A stretch of 64,000 bases of DNA, taken from positions 21,966,871 to 22,030,870 of the forward strand of contig NC_092676.1 in assembly GCF_964355755.1 (NCBI RefSeq), in the 5' to 3' direction. A program made the translations under genes and the position numbers. A model generated the notes under the pieces. The model did not search any database and had not been told where the DNA came from. It saw only the letters and a program-made list of their open reading frames with translations. This document shows positions 11,070 through 22,859 of the stretch, one piece after another (position 1 is the first letter of the stretch; every line of letters begins with the position of its first letter). The stretch comes from Antedon mediterranea. Lineage: Eukaryota; Animalia; Echinodermata.

Positions 11070-13577
11070 ATGAAGATCGTCAACTATATCACAGTTGTTG
11101 CTTCCAGTCTAATTGTCCTGAATCAAGCAAAGGTAAGATACAATTAGGCCTACCTTCTATGAAAACCTACCTCATTAATCCTAACGTGATCTAGATGATC
11201 AAGTAAGTACTTGTATGTCTATTAAAATAATTATTAGTTTAAACTTAAAAGTTATAAAACAAATTACCTTTATAAAAAAAGAGTTACTAGATTTCTAAGT
11301 GATCAAAAGGGTAAAATAGACATATTCAAGAATACAAAATAATATCCAATTAGGACCACTGAGGTTTTCTGTATCGTCAATTATAGATATGTTTAGTAGT
11401 ATTTTTATATAATATTTAATTGTTTTGTATTGTCTTACTTATCTTGTTAATGTTTTGCAGAGGAACCCTATGAAAGCAGCATTCCAACTTAAGAGATATT
11501 CTCTGCTATGTAATATTTTGGTGTTTTTTTTTTGGTGGTTTTGAGATTTTTTGAGTTCATCTTGTGTTAATGTTTTTTCTATGACATAGCAATAAAAATT
11601 ACAAACAAACAGGGACACCACAAAATGACTACCAATTGCCTTTGAATGGATTTTTCACACAGGTGAATCTATGTTACTGCAGACACTGTAGAATGGATTG
11701 AATGCTTTGCGAAGTAACACTGTTAAGCCTTGATATACCATTTTATTAATTAAAATTGTTAAAATTATCATCTTTTAATTTCTAAAATTAAATTAGAATC
11801 TCTTTTACCAAACATGGTTTTTATCAAACACTACGCGGTTGGTGTCACTAGGTATCGTCCACTATTGATATCCTTAACGTATGGTGTAGCTATCGATATA
11901 ATTTCAATTTTTGATGATCTTTCTCTATGAATTGTCATTATTTTAAAGGGTGATGACGACGAAGGAGCGAACAATGTTGTGAATTACATATGGAACATAC
12001 TGGGTGGTGCTGGTGGTGGTGATGGTAATTGTTTTGTTGGTCTTTTGATTTGATCTTTTGATTTGATCTTTTGATTTGATCTTTTCATTTATACATAAAC
12101 TACATAGAATATCTATATACATTTTTCATTAATGTGTTTTTATCCGTTTTCTTATACTCATAATTATATTATATATATTGTTCTTATGTTATATTTCAAT
12201 AACTATGTTATAGTTTATACATATGTTTATAGAAGTTCCTTTTTTGACACTTCTTCTGAAGATGGTAAGATTTTGATGTATTTGAAGGTTGGAAATAATG
12301 TAATTCAACATTCTAAAATATCATAGATCTCAAAAAGTTAGCCTGCCACCTAAAAATCACTTTATAGCATACCGGTAAATGTAGGTGTATGTAGGCTGAA
12401 GTTATTAAACGTTAACAGAATGTGGAATTTTATCTAATTCAAAAACAGTTATCTCCGTTAAAATGATGTTATAATCAAACTAACAGGCCTACACCTAGTA
12501 AAACTAATGATTTTATAACCAAAAATGTTTACATTTATATCATATCGAGTATGAATATTAAGGAGTTTTTATACAATGTTGGTAGGTCAATCAATGTAGA
12601 AACTACCTACAGTATACTGTACTACCAATTGTTACATAATATTATTGCCATTTTCTAACTTATAATAACAATATTTTACCTAATAATAATAGCACATTTT
12701 TGGAATGTACAAAGTGAGTTTGTTTACAGAAAACCTGCCTTACAACGACTGCAAAGAAGAGTTTATAACATGTGAAACAAGAAATGCTAGCGTTGTGTAT
12801 ACACACTGGGGTAGGAGTGACTGCACTCCAGACACGTCAGACGTCGTCTATACTGGTGAGTACACTCTACCACGTATATGAAAATAAAACTTTCATGTAA
12901 AAAGGGTTTGTACAGACTGTAGGTGTAGCTTACGAGAGGTACGGTCGTTGAGACTACCAAAAAATTGTCGCAGGGTTGGGGGGGGGGGGGGGGGGCGGTA
13001 GAAATTTATACACACATTTATTAATAGGTTATTTTAGAAAGAAACGCAGAAGGTTTAAGATAGTATTTCTATTGTGATTTTTACGTTTTATATTTAGGAT
13101 ATATGGCTGGTGGAGAATATTCACATCCTGGGGGTGGTACAAACCCATTGTGTTTACCAGAGTCGCCTGAATATAACGACGAATTGATAAGTAACGGCTA
13201 TCGTCGGTCTTTGATATATACGGTGCTGAGTTTCATTTTGTCGATTACGCTCCGTGGGCTGATTTACATGACAAAGATCCATTATGCGCTGTGTGTCTTG
13301 CAAAAGGCCGATCAACAAGTCTGATGATTCCAGCTAAACGTACGTGCCCACAGGGATGGACCAAGGAGTACGAAGGTTTTTACTGATGGGTAGTAAACAC
13401 GACCATGCAGGAGGACATGAATATATTTGTGTCGATTTAAATCCTGAAGTTAGGCCAGGTTCTTCACAAAATCAGAATGGCTTGTTGCTCTATCCTGCCA
13501 CAGGTGTTTGTGGGACTTCGTCAGCATGTCCACCCTACGTTAATGGTGCCTTACCGTGTGTTGTATGTACATGGTAA
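11070..13577 (+). pseudogene. Short-chain collagen C4-like copy 3, frameshifted as assembled (pseudogene or assembly indels)
   Basis: Exons 11070-11132, 11949-12024, possible micro-exon 12233-12264, 12730-12855, 13098-13577. The last exon has +2 nt in an (AT)n run (~13212-13220) and +2 T in a T run (~13377-13381), splitting the domain over three frames. Confidence 0.75.
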
Positions 13578-15589
13578 ATGCCTTAACGCCAGATTTCTTA
13601 CATTTACTCTTTTATCATGTTGTAATGTCGACACATTTCAATTTATTAGACCATTTTGACTATCTTCTTAAGAATACCTAAATAATTTGTTTTTAATCGT
13701 TCGTTTTAAAACTAATTTTAGTTTCATATAGACCTATATATAGTATCTGGTTAATTGTTTTTATATTTATTATCATATTTCAGGGTTTTTAGCTGTGAAA
13801 AACAACTCCATGGCTTTGTAACGTATTGCAATGATGCATACAACTATTTTGTCGATACAAATTTTAAAAAAAAATATGCATGTTGTTCCCTTATGCATTA
13901 TTGCCGAACACTTCAATAATTACGCCCTCTTAATCGTCACACACTATGAAAATTGTTATCGATGTTTACTGTTGTTTACATATGCTACAAAACATCTTCA
14001 AAACAATAATCATTGTTATAAATAATTTAAAATGTATTGTAGAAATAAATCTTATAACAACCAACTTTAAATTAGTTCATTTTTTTTTTGGCAATATATA
14101 GATAATAACAAAAGATGTTTTTTAAAATATAGGACCTAAACCCATACTAAACCATTGCCCAAAATTATTTTTATCTACGCGAATGATGCCTTCCCGTTGG
14201 CCGCTTGACGAATGCATGAATAAAACGCATTGTGTTCTATTAACCATGGAGCTATAAATAGCTCCATGATTTAACTATAAACATAAGTACGTATGTGATA
14301 TCAAACATACTGCAGGGCTTGACTATTTTTTCTATACGTAATTTACGTCAAAGCTATTTTGCACTACCTTGTGGCTACCGTTCGAGAGATAGGCCTACCT
14401 ATATTACTGAGAATGTGATGGCTTATTATTGGGAGTGTGTAAACAAATCACTTACCGTGCTCATTCTCAGCTCTTTGATTGTATTGACCTTTTTTCCGTC
14501 GGTAATCTGACAATTTCTTCTAGTAATCTGTATATATATTTCTATATTCTCCACCGTCAAATCCGTTGCATTACTTAGCAATTGTGAATGTCCCTTTTCG
14601 GCTTAGACGACAGTCATTTTAAAATCAAATACGTTAAGGTTGCAACAAAACAAATATCTAGATAACATCGGTAAAATTATTCACTGAACTGTATATGTTC
14701 CCCTTCTTATATAATGCTTGCGAACATGTAGTTATGATGAATCTAAACCAGAGATCTCATAACATTCAGATTATAACACGATGAATTAAAGAGGAGTGGT
14801 ATTTTTTGGATGCAGTAATATAATATGTGGTTCTAAGTAAGAAATGATAAGCTTCGTGGACGTTTCAACCATATAAAAAGCCCGCCTTTAAAACGGCTTA
14901 TGATCCCAGTTGTACGCGACCACTTGAATAGAAAATGGAGCAGGCCTCAGGTATGTTGTTGACACTCGACTCATGCATATTATGACACAAAGGTGTTTTA
15001 TGTCAGATGTAATGTCAGGTCATGCATGACTTCACAAAAGATCCATATCATGCACGGTGTCAATGGAATTATTATAAATGCTATATTACATTATAAATAT
15101 CAACTAATTACATTGACTTGACGCAAGTATCTAGTTATTGTTTCTTTTTCAATTTAAGAATAATAAGCCGAATCGTCTTCAAGAACATATGGTAAAATGA
15201 CACCCAAGCCTAGCTTACCACCGATTTTGTGTTATAATGTTTATACTGTATACTGTAAGGATATACAATTCTTGAAATAAAATTAAGTGCATTGTTTTCT
15301 TTTTTATTTCATCATCTGCAATGGCGGCAGACAACACAAGATAATAAATAAAAATGTTGCATCATGCATCACAAAGCAATTGACAACAGGTTGACTAAGA
15401 TGAACTATAATTAGTGTAATACATAATAAATATTCTATATAATTAATTTTTCTTATTTATAAATAAGAAGTTAATATATATTTAAGCTATTATACAAATA
15501 AATATCATTGGATCATATTTCTCTGTGTTATTTTGAATTGTCTTGCAAGTTTTTAATATACAGTATTTCGATTGCATGTTGTCCGGCGT

Positions 15590-18500
15590 CTATTTAATTT
15601 CATATTTAATACGTGACTTCATGCTGGATCCTTTCATTTGTTCGTCATAATATTTCTCGAAAATTTCGTTTTGTTCAACAGTAAATAAGTTTTTCCAATC
15701 ACCAACTTTTCCTATAAAATAATTGTATAATGAATAATTAAAAACCTACATCGTTTTTACTTGAAGATTCCAACAGTATTATTATTATAAAGTCTTCTCT
15801 GTACAGACAAGTTTTCTGTGCGGGACAATATTCAGCCTAGACTTGCCCCAAGTCTGAGTGTATTTATTGTCTGTTTTATGTTCGTCCATCAAGTCGACGT
15901 TTCAGGTAGTATACGTATGAAAGGCCATATATTCTAAAATATTTATAAGTGAAAACTCCATCTGGAACCCAGAATATTCAGCCTACCACTTGCCTATCTA
16001 TTTTCTATGTGCCCTACATGAGGAAAACTATTTCACATTACCTTTTCTTAGAATCTTGAATGGCAACTTCTTTCTCAGTGGTTCTGGAATAGAGCCGGTT
16101 GGTAGTAGACCGTCAAACTTTTTGTTCATTCTAGAGAAAGACGCAAGTTCTACGAGCTTATCAAGGTTTTCTCCAGAAGCTGGATGACCTAAGAAATCGG
16201 CAACTTCTTCAATAACTGCCCTTATATCCTGCAAGATGAAATACACGTGAAATAAAGACATTTTTCACATAGTAATTCACAACAGCATGCATAGTATACA
16301 AATAATGAATGATAAGGAGTTGAATGGGAAGAATATTTCATGAGATGAAAGTAAGATTGGTTTCAGACACAGGTTGAATTTTGTGGTTTAGTGTAGCGGC
16401 AATAGGTGGTGTATATTTACAACCACAGCCGGCTTGAGCTATTTTTGTTCTCGGGAAATGAGATTTGTTTGTGTTCGTACGAAAAGGTTAGAAGTCCTTT
16501 AGAACCGATTCAGTATCGCCATTAGATATCACTTGTTCAGATGTGTATAGCTTTGTTTGTACATTAGACATTAATCAAAAATGTCTAAAATACAGTCACT
16601 ATCAATTAAAACAATACCTCTTTCATGTCTTCAAATGTTGTCAAGAAGAAGTTCTTGTCGTTGCGATGTTTCCAATAATTCAAGTTGTAGTCGCACCACG
16701 ATCGTCCTGGCACTGGAAAATAAATATAAATATAATAATACAATCATATTAACCAATAGTGCTCAAAGTTTAGAAATAAAGGAAGGAAGGAAGGAAGGAA
16801 GGAAGGAAAGGGAAATAGGAATAGAACAGATGTAGATGGGCTTGTAAAGCTTTGTCTACACTATCAAACTGTATGTGTCAAAAAAATGTGATGTGCCCAT
16901 ATATGGACATGATGATGTCATATCACTACCATATTTAAGCATAGCACTACCATATATATAGGCACATCAAACTTTTTTGACACATTAAGTTTGATAGTGT
17001 AGACAAGGCTTAATACTTACTGTCGTCTGACATAAATGACTGTAGAAAGTTTTCCCACGTATCCCATTCTTCACTGTAGCGGAAAGGTTGAGCAAAGTGA
17101 TAATATGATACTGCGGAATCTTTTGGATTTCTCATAACAAACACAACCTAAAAATACAATATTGATGATGATGTAGTGTCGGTATAAATGTCGATTAATT
17201 AATTAATAAACCAAGGCCCAAGGCAAAATATGCTATTATTATATGCTGTATTAAACCAAAAATCACAGTAGGCTTACCCAACGAAATGTCCCCTATTTGT
17301 ATGGGCTGTAGTGTTTTAACATTTTATGTTAATCCTGGTGGTATAGGTTTCACGGGAAAGCACACCCTTAACATAGAACCTGAAAAGTGTCCTAACCGAA
17401 GCGTAGTAGGATTGGGGAATTCAAAGTGTGTGGTGGTAAAATTCTAAGCACAGCCTACCAGCTTTGGACGTAGAGCACCACAAATTATTTAAGCGCCACT
17501 TTCAAACAGGCCTAAAAACATCGGGCCGGTCACTGGAGTATTATGATTATAACTTTTGTTGTTGTAGGCTTTATTTTTTGCTGTTAACGAGTTATTTAAG
17601 AGAGACCCCAACTCTTGGTAAACGGTAGGGGGGGGGGGGGGATAGACTACATAATCATACACTAATGTGTCGTTTTACCCTAAATCAATGACAGGTTAAG
17701 TAGGCCTAGATCAAAATGTCACTGCGCCAGACTAATTAAATAATCCATATACATTTTACGTTGAGAAGGTTTTGTAAAACAGCTCACGGCTCGATCACTA
17801 TAGTAGGCCTATCCTTTCCAGATATTCACAATGGTTAAAATATAATAAATAAGAAACTACCTTTGCTTTGCCTTCGAACACTTTCTTTGGGAGCATCTGT
17901 TCGTGAATATGGGTGACAATAACACGTGGATTATCACGTGACATTTTAGCCATGTCTGCGACAGTGTTGAAGTATTCTAATGGTTTTGGGTGTATCATAA
18001 ACGTCTTCTCAGCCTTTTCATAGTCTGCATCGGCTAAAACACTTTTTACAATTTCAGTCATCCAATGAGTTCCTATGGTAAACAAACAAAATGTTTAAAT
18101 ACTATGTGGGATGTAAAGATCTGTAATTATACTTATGCGTGATCGACTCTGTGTTCATCCTTCGCGCGTTCATGTGAACACATGATCGACGGGTTCGAAG
18201 ATGTATGTAAGCCTATATTTGACTGACAATATTTGTGCTTCTTTAGAAAGGCACTTTATTTTTGCCATTGGGAGCTTAATTATCAAAATTTTCAGCCGAT
18301 ATAATATATTCATTCTATTACGATTTACATTATCTCCAAAACAAATATTAAAGTTACAGATGCGGGTTGATATCTACAAACAATTGTCGATTCTTACTAC
18401 AGTATATAAACTATAGCAAAGAAATAAAAAATGCGGGCTAGAAATACTATTAAAAAAAACCAAAATTGATTTATGTGACACTACCAAGGACCTAATAGCT

Positions 18501-19101
18501 TACAGTATTTGTACAAACTGTACGGCATAATAATCCATAAAGAAAATAAATGTGTGCCACTTCCCCATTGTTATCATGTTCAACAGCTCTCAACAAAATT
18601 ACCAATAATGTCAGAAACTGCCACATTCTGATCTCAACAGTAATAAAAAGAAAATTAAAAAAATATTCTTTTATTAAAAAAAAAACATTATTTATTAACA
18701 TCATTTTGTCCCTCTCAGATAGTGGTTAACAATTCAATACAAAGGAACTTTGTTTTCTTTTTTAAAGAATGATCAGCAATTGTTTACGTGATCTAAACTG
18801 TGAATTTGACAGTACGGACGTTTTCCAAATAACAAACAATAAAAACATTTGAATGTATAAATTCGCCTACTGATCACGAAATCATTTAGAAAAATAATAA
18901 TACAACTTATTTACCTGCTTTTGAATATGTGACTACAAATACGTCGTTGTCCCTCACTTCAAACGCTCTCACATCGTCGTGCATAGCATCTCGAACCATC
19001 GGAGGATACCTCTCACCTTCAATCGTAACAAACCCTGCAAAATCCCCTTGTTTCGGCAAAAAATCGGCATTCACCGTACGCATATTATTCTTACTAGTCA
19101 T
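15590..19101 (-). CDS. Cytosolic sulfotransferase (SULT family), 309 aa
   Basis: Exons 19101-18915, 18072-17861, 17147-17021, 16712-16618, 16228-16042, 15711-15590 (930 nt). Motifs: TYSKAGTHW (5'-PSB), THIH (catalytic His), RNPKDSAVSYYHF (3'-PB), RKGKVGDWKNLFTVEQNE. The 127- and 95-nt middle exons match the typical SULT gene layout. Confidence 0.93.
16845..17013. mobile_element. MITE family A (TIR AGCTCTGTCTACACTATCAAACT)
   Basis: Inverted ends with internal 'gatgtgccc..atatggtagtgatatgacatcatcatgtccata'; other copies at ~41110-41290, 51553-51682, 52881-53010, 54259-54431 and 56709-56869. Confidence 0.8.
17335..17480 (-). mobile_element. Degenerate tRNA-derived SINE
   Basis: Minus strand has A-box-like AGCTGGTAGG and B-box-like TTGAATTCCC followed by a SINE-like body, in SULT intron 2. 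Confidence 0.35.
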
Positions 19102-19682
19102 TTTAAAATATTTTACGATGCACCTTGGTTCTAATCAATCAAAATTAACGTTTGATCCGACTCCGTTAGATACTACTCATCGAATACACAGGTTTATTCC
19201 AAACCACTTGTTTATAAATGTAATGCCTACCATCAATAGTTATTGAAAACTATTTTTTATAGTATGTTTAAATATTTATTAGTATGAAGCTAATGGCTGC
19301 GCATGTCTGAATTATTCATATTATTTGGACCATTGTTTAACTTAATTCAAATATATGTAGCCTATTATATAAATATTAATAATAACAACAGCAGCCATTG
19401 TTCAATGCATGGTTGGTAGGACTACTAATAACTTAATTTATTGAACCTACCAGTATTATAGTGGAAATTGAATTAATTTAAACACAATTAAAATAAAGAT
19501 TTCTTTACCCCATAACTAAAAAATAAAAGTAGTATCTTATAAACGAACTGTATTCTTTTTTTTTCTATATAATTCGTTTTTGTTCAGCATAACCAAAACT
19601 AATGACTGGGAGTATATAATGACCAGCAGGACATACCAATGCAATCTAACAACAAGGCAGTACCCTATTGTTATAGTATGAT

Positions 19683-19892
19683 AAGGCAATCTAACAACAG
19701 GATCAAAGGGTTTATCTGTGGCTGCGACATGATCAATTCCACGCTCCTTAACATACACCGCGCGCCGTGGAAAATATGATGTACACAGTACAGTACTGTT
19801 AGTATTTGTCGCATCTAGATATAAGAATCAAAATCTATTACAAGAGCCTATCTTGGCAAGGCGAGCTCAGTGTACTGTTGTTAGACTGCCTT
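19683..19892. mobile_element. MITE family B (TIR AAGGCAATCTAACAACA)
   Basis: TIRs at 19683-19699 and ~19876-19892; the internal 'cactgagctcgccttgccaagatagg' matches a copy at 49667-49787 in PSMC3 intron 6. Confidence 0.7.
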
Positions 19893-22044
19893 GGTCATAC
19901 TGAGGTAACTGGTATAGGCCTATACCCCGACGTGGAGCACGAAACCACAAAAACCGGGTACTAGACATATTTGATATTCTCATGATTTGGGGTTTATAAC
20001 ATCGTATAATGCCCATCTGCACGTAATGTTATTTGTCGATGAAAATTTATCAACAACAACAACAACAACAACAACAAAATGATAGATATTGTCAGCCAGA
20101 AACTGATAAATGTTAATCTTAACAGTAGTTCCGACTTGGAGAAACACATCAGTAATAAAAAAAACAATAAATTCAAACAAAATTATCTTTTATAAAAAAC
20201 ACACTATTTATTGAGTATCTGAAAACAAGTGAATAATGAATTCTGCGTACAAAAAAAAAATTACTGCCGTTGATATAACAAATTATTCTGGATGGTTACA
20301 TGAAATGAAGTGTTTTAGCAAAAATGATATTAGAATGAGAAGGTCTCTTTAAATAGTGCAAGGTAAATCATAAATGGTAGGATTTAAATCCGATTCCGAT
20401 GATTTTCTGCATGCAATACCCCAGGCATCAAAACCTGATGCAACATGATGTGTTGTGAATTGTTGGTTGGTTGATCTGATAATAATCTGATATACAATAA
20501 TAAGGGGTATATTTACTAATTAAATTATACATATTGTATAATATCATGACTAAATTAAATACAATATTTTATAATGGTATGGTATGGTATATAGTAGCAG
20601 GCTATACAACTTCTCGCCATTGATTCAAGGTTTCGCATTGTTTTGTATACTGTGTTTTTTTATGAATATAAAATATAATATTGTTTTGATAATGCCTATA
20701 CCTTATTTTAAACAATTTAAGATAATAATAATAATTAATACACTTGTTATACAGTACTTAAATTAAAAAAATACACATTTTAAATCGTCAACTAGTACTA
20801 TGACTATTATTGTTGATATTCAATACATGAGTATTATAATTCAATTGAAAACGATTATAATGGTAAAGAAGGGTGTCTTTTTTCTCAACACGAAAAAATA
20901 AAATGGAATATTTAAAAAAACTTACATAATGTCGTTTTATCAATGCTCGATCTATTTTGTTGCTAATCTACATTATTTTTTTCGATAACGAATGACAAAT
21001 AGTCGTATATTTATTGCCAGCTCAATTTCATAAAACCAGTCTAATAATATACACCTATAAAATATGACATACTATAATGTATTATCCCACGTAAATATTG
21101 CCCTGAAATTGTCTATCTAAAATCTTATTTTACAGTAACATCTTTAAATTACGCACGACACTGTTTGTTGTGAAAAGATTAGTAGGCCTATTGTATATCC
21201 TGTAATGATGTATGTGCCATGACAACTCAGTACAGTGGTCTACCATGACACGTTTTGTAATTATGGTACATATATGTTTCATGTATGTATCATTGACATG
21301 ATCGCATCCCGGTGCCACGTACGATACATGTGACACAGTATCAAAGAATGTGCCTATAACACGGCATAAATAATTGATACAGTACTGGGTATGTGAAATG
21401 AGAATCGGGTGCCGTGCTAGCGATGAAGGGGAATGGGAGGTGTTTCCTGAGATGCACATGATATGTCAGGTACCAACTACTGTCTGAATTACTTCTTCGT
21501 CGTACACACTTTTGTACATAAAGTAAAGGTGACAGGCTACGTAAAGAACTGGCTAATGTGTTTAATAAATAATATTCAATCTAGCTAAAATACATTCAAT
21601 TTTTGGGGCATTTTCCCATTTTGATTATAATATTATGATTTGAATCGAAATAAGATGGTATGGTACTTGAGGTGGAGTAGGGTGTGGGATGATTTAAGTA
21701 GGCCTATGCCGAGTTTGTGAACACATTTTATAAACTTAATTGTTGAGCTTGGTACTGAGCAGTCCTGAAAGAATCAATGTGCTTAAATTGTTGCCATGTA
21801 CCTGTAAATATAATAAAATATAGATGTTATGTATAGATAACAAATTTACTTAATAGGTTGTGTTTGTTTATAAAGCTACAGAGTGCCAATATTATTATCA
21901 CAATATTTGCATATTATTTGCATAAGCAAATAAAATATTCACTTTTCATTGCTAATTGGTCAACTTTCTATTTAGGTAGTTAGCCGTGAATACTAACTCT
22001 TATATTCTCTCAAAAGAAGTGTTTTGTGTGGTAAATATATAGAA

Positions 22045-22837
22045 AACAAGGCCAACAGCCATTAAGTCGCGTGCTACAATGCATAGTGATACCGGACCGA
22101 CAGACAGACCGACAGACCGACAGACAGACCGACAGACCGACCGACAGACAGACAGACCGACAGACAGACAGACCGACCGACCGATATAGTGAACTATACT
22201 GACCGAAATTACTGAACATGTTTAAAAATGTTGAAATGTTTAAAAACATTTATATTTTTTTAATTTCACTTTTGACGTGCTCGTATAACGTAATTTCGAG
22301 TTGAAAAGTAAGTCAAGAAAACAGAAATCGGGCAAAAAGAGTGCGCAATAACATTTAACGCGCAGTGCGCGCGCAAAAATATGCGCACTCATGGCAATTT
22401 TGTAAACGCTTAAAATTTCCTGAAACGTACTCTTATTTCATCGAAAATAAATTTTGAAAATGTTAAGCGCGCGTACGCATGCGTTACATGCGCTACGCAC
22501 GTAATTGTATTGCCATATGATGATTTATGCCCTGAAATTTAGGATTACCAAATTTTATTTAATTGTGATTCATGGTTGTGAAGATATGATTACAAACGTG
22601 ATTTCGTTAAATCGTGCGTAGACCGCGTAATTTTTTATTGCGCACCGTGAAAACATAACCACATCGATTCCTGGCCATAAGGAATATACTGTGAAAAATT
22701 GACCTATCTAGATTAAACTGATATCAAGATAAGGTCAGAAGGCGATAAAACGCATAGTGATACCGGACCGACAGACCGACAGACCGACCGACCGACCGAC
22801 ATAGTGAACTATAGAGCCGCTTTCACGCGACTAAAAA
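22045..22837 (-). mobile_element. Long HINE/Helentron-derived element (~790 bp)
   Basis: Same termini as 2010-2162, with two GACA/GACC microsatellite blocks (22095-22185, 22760-22800) and an internal body. Confidence 0.7.
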
Positions 22838-22859
22838 CAGTAAACAAATATCGTCATAC

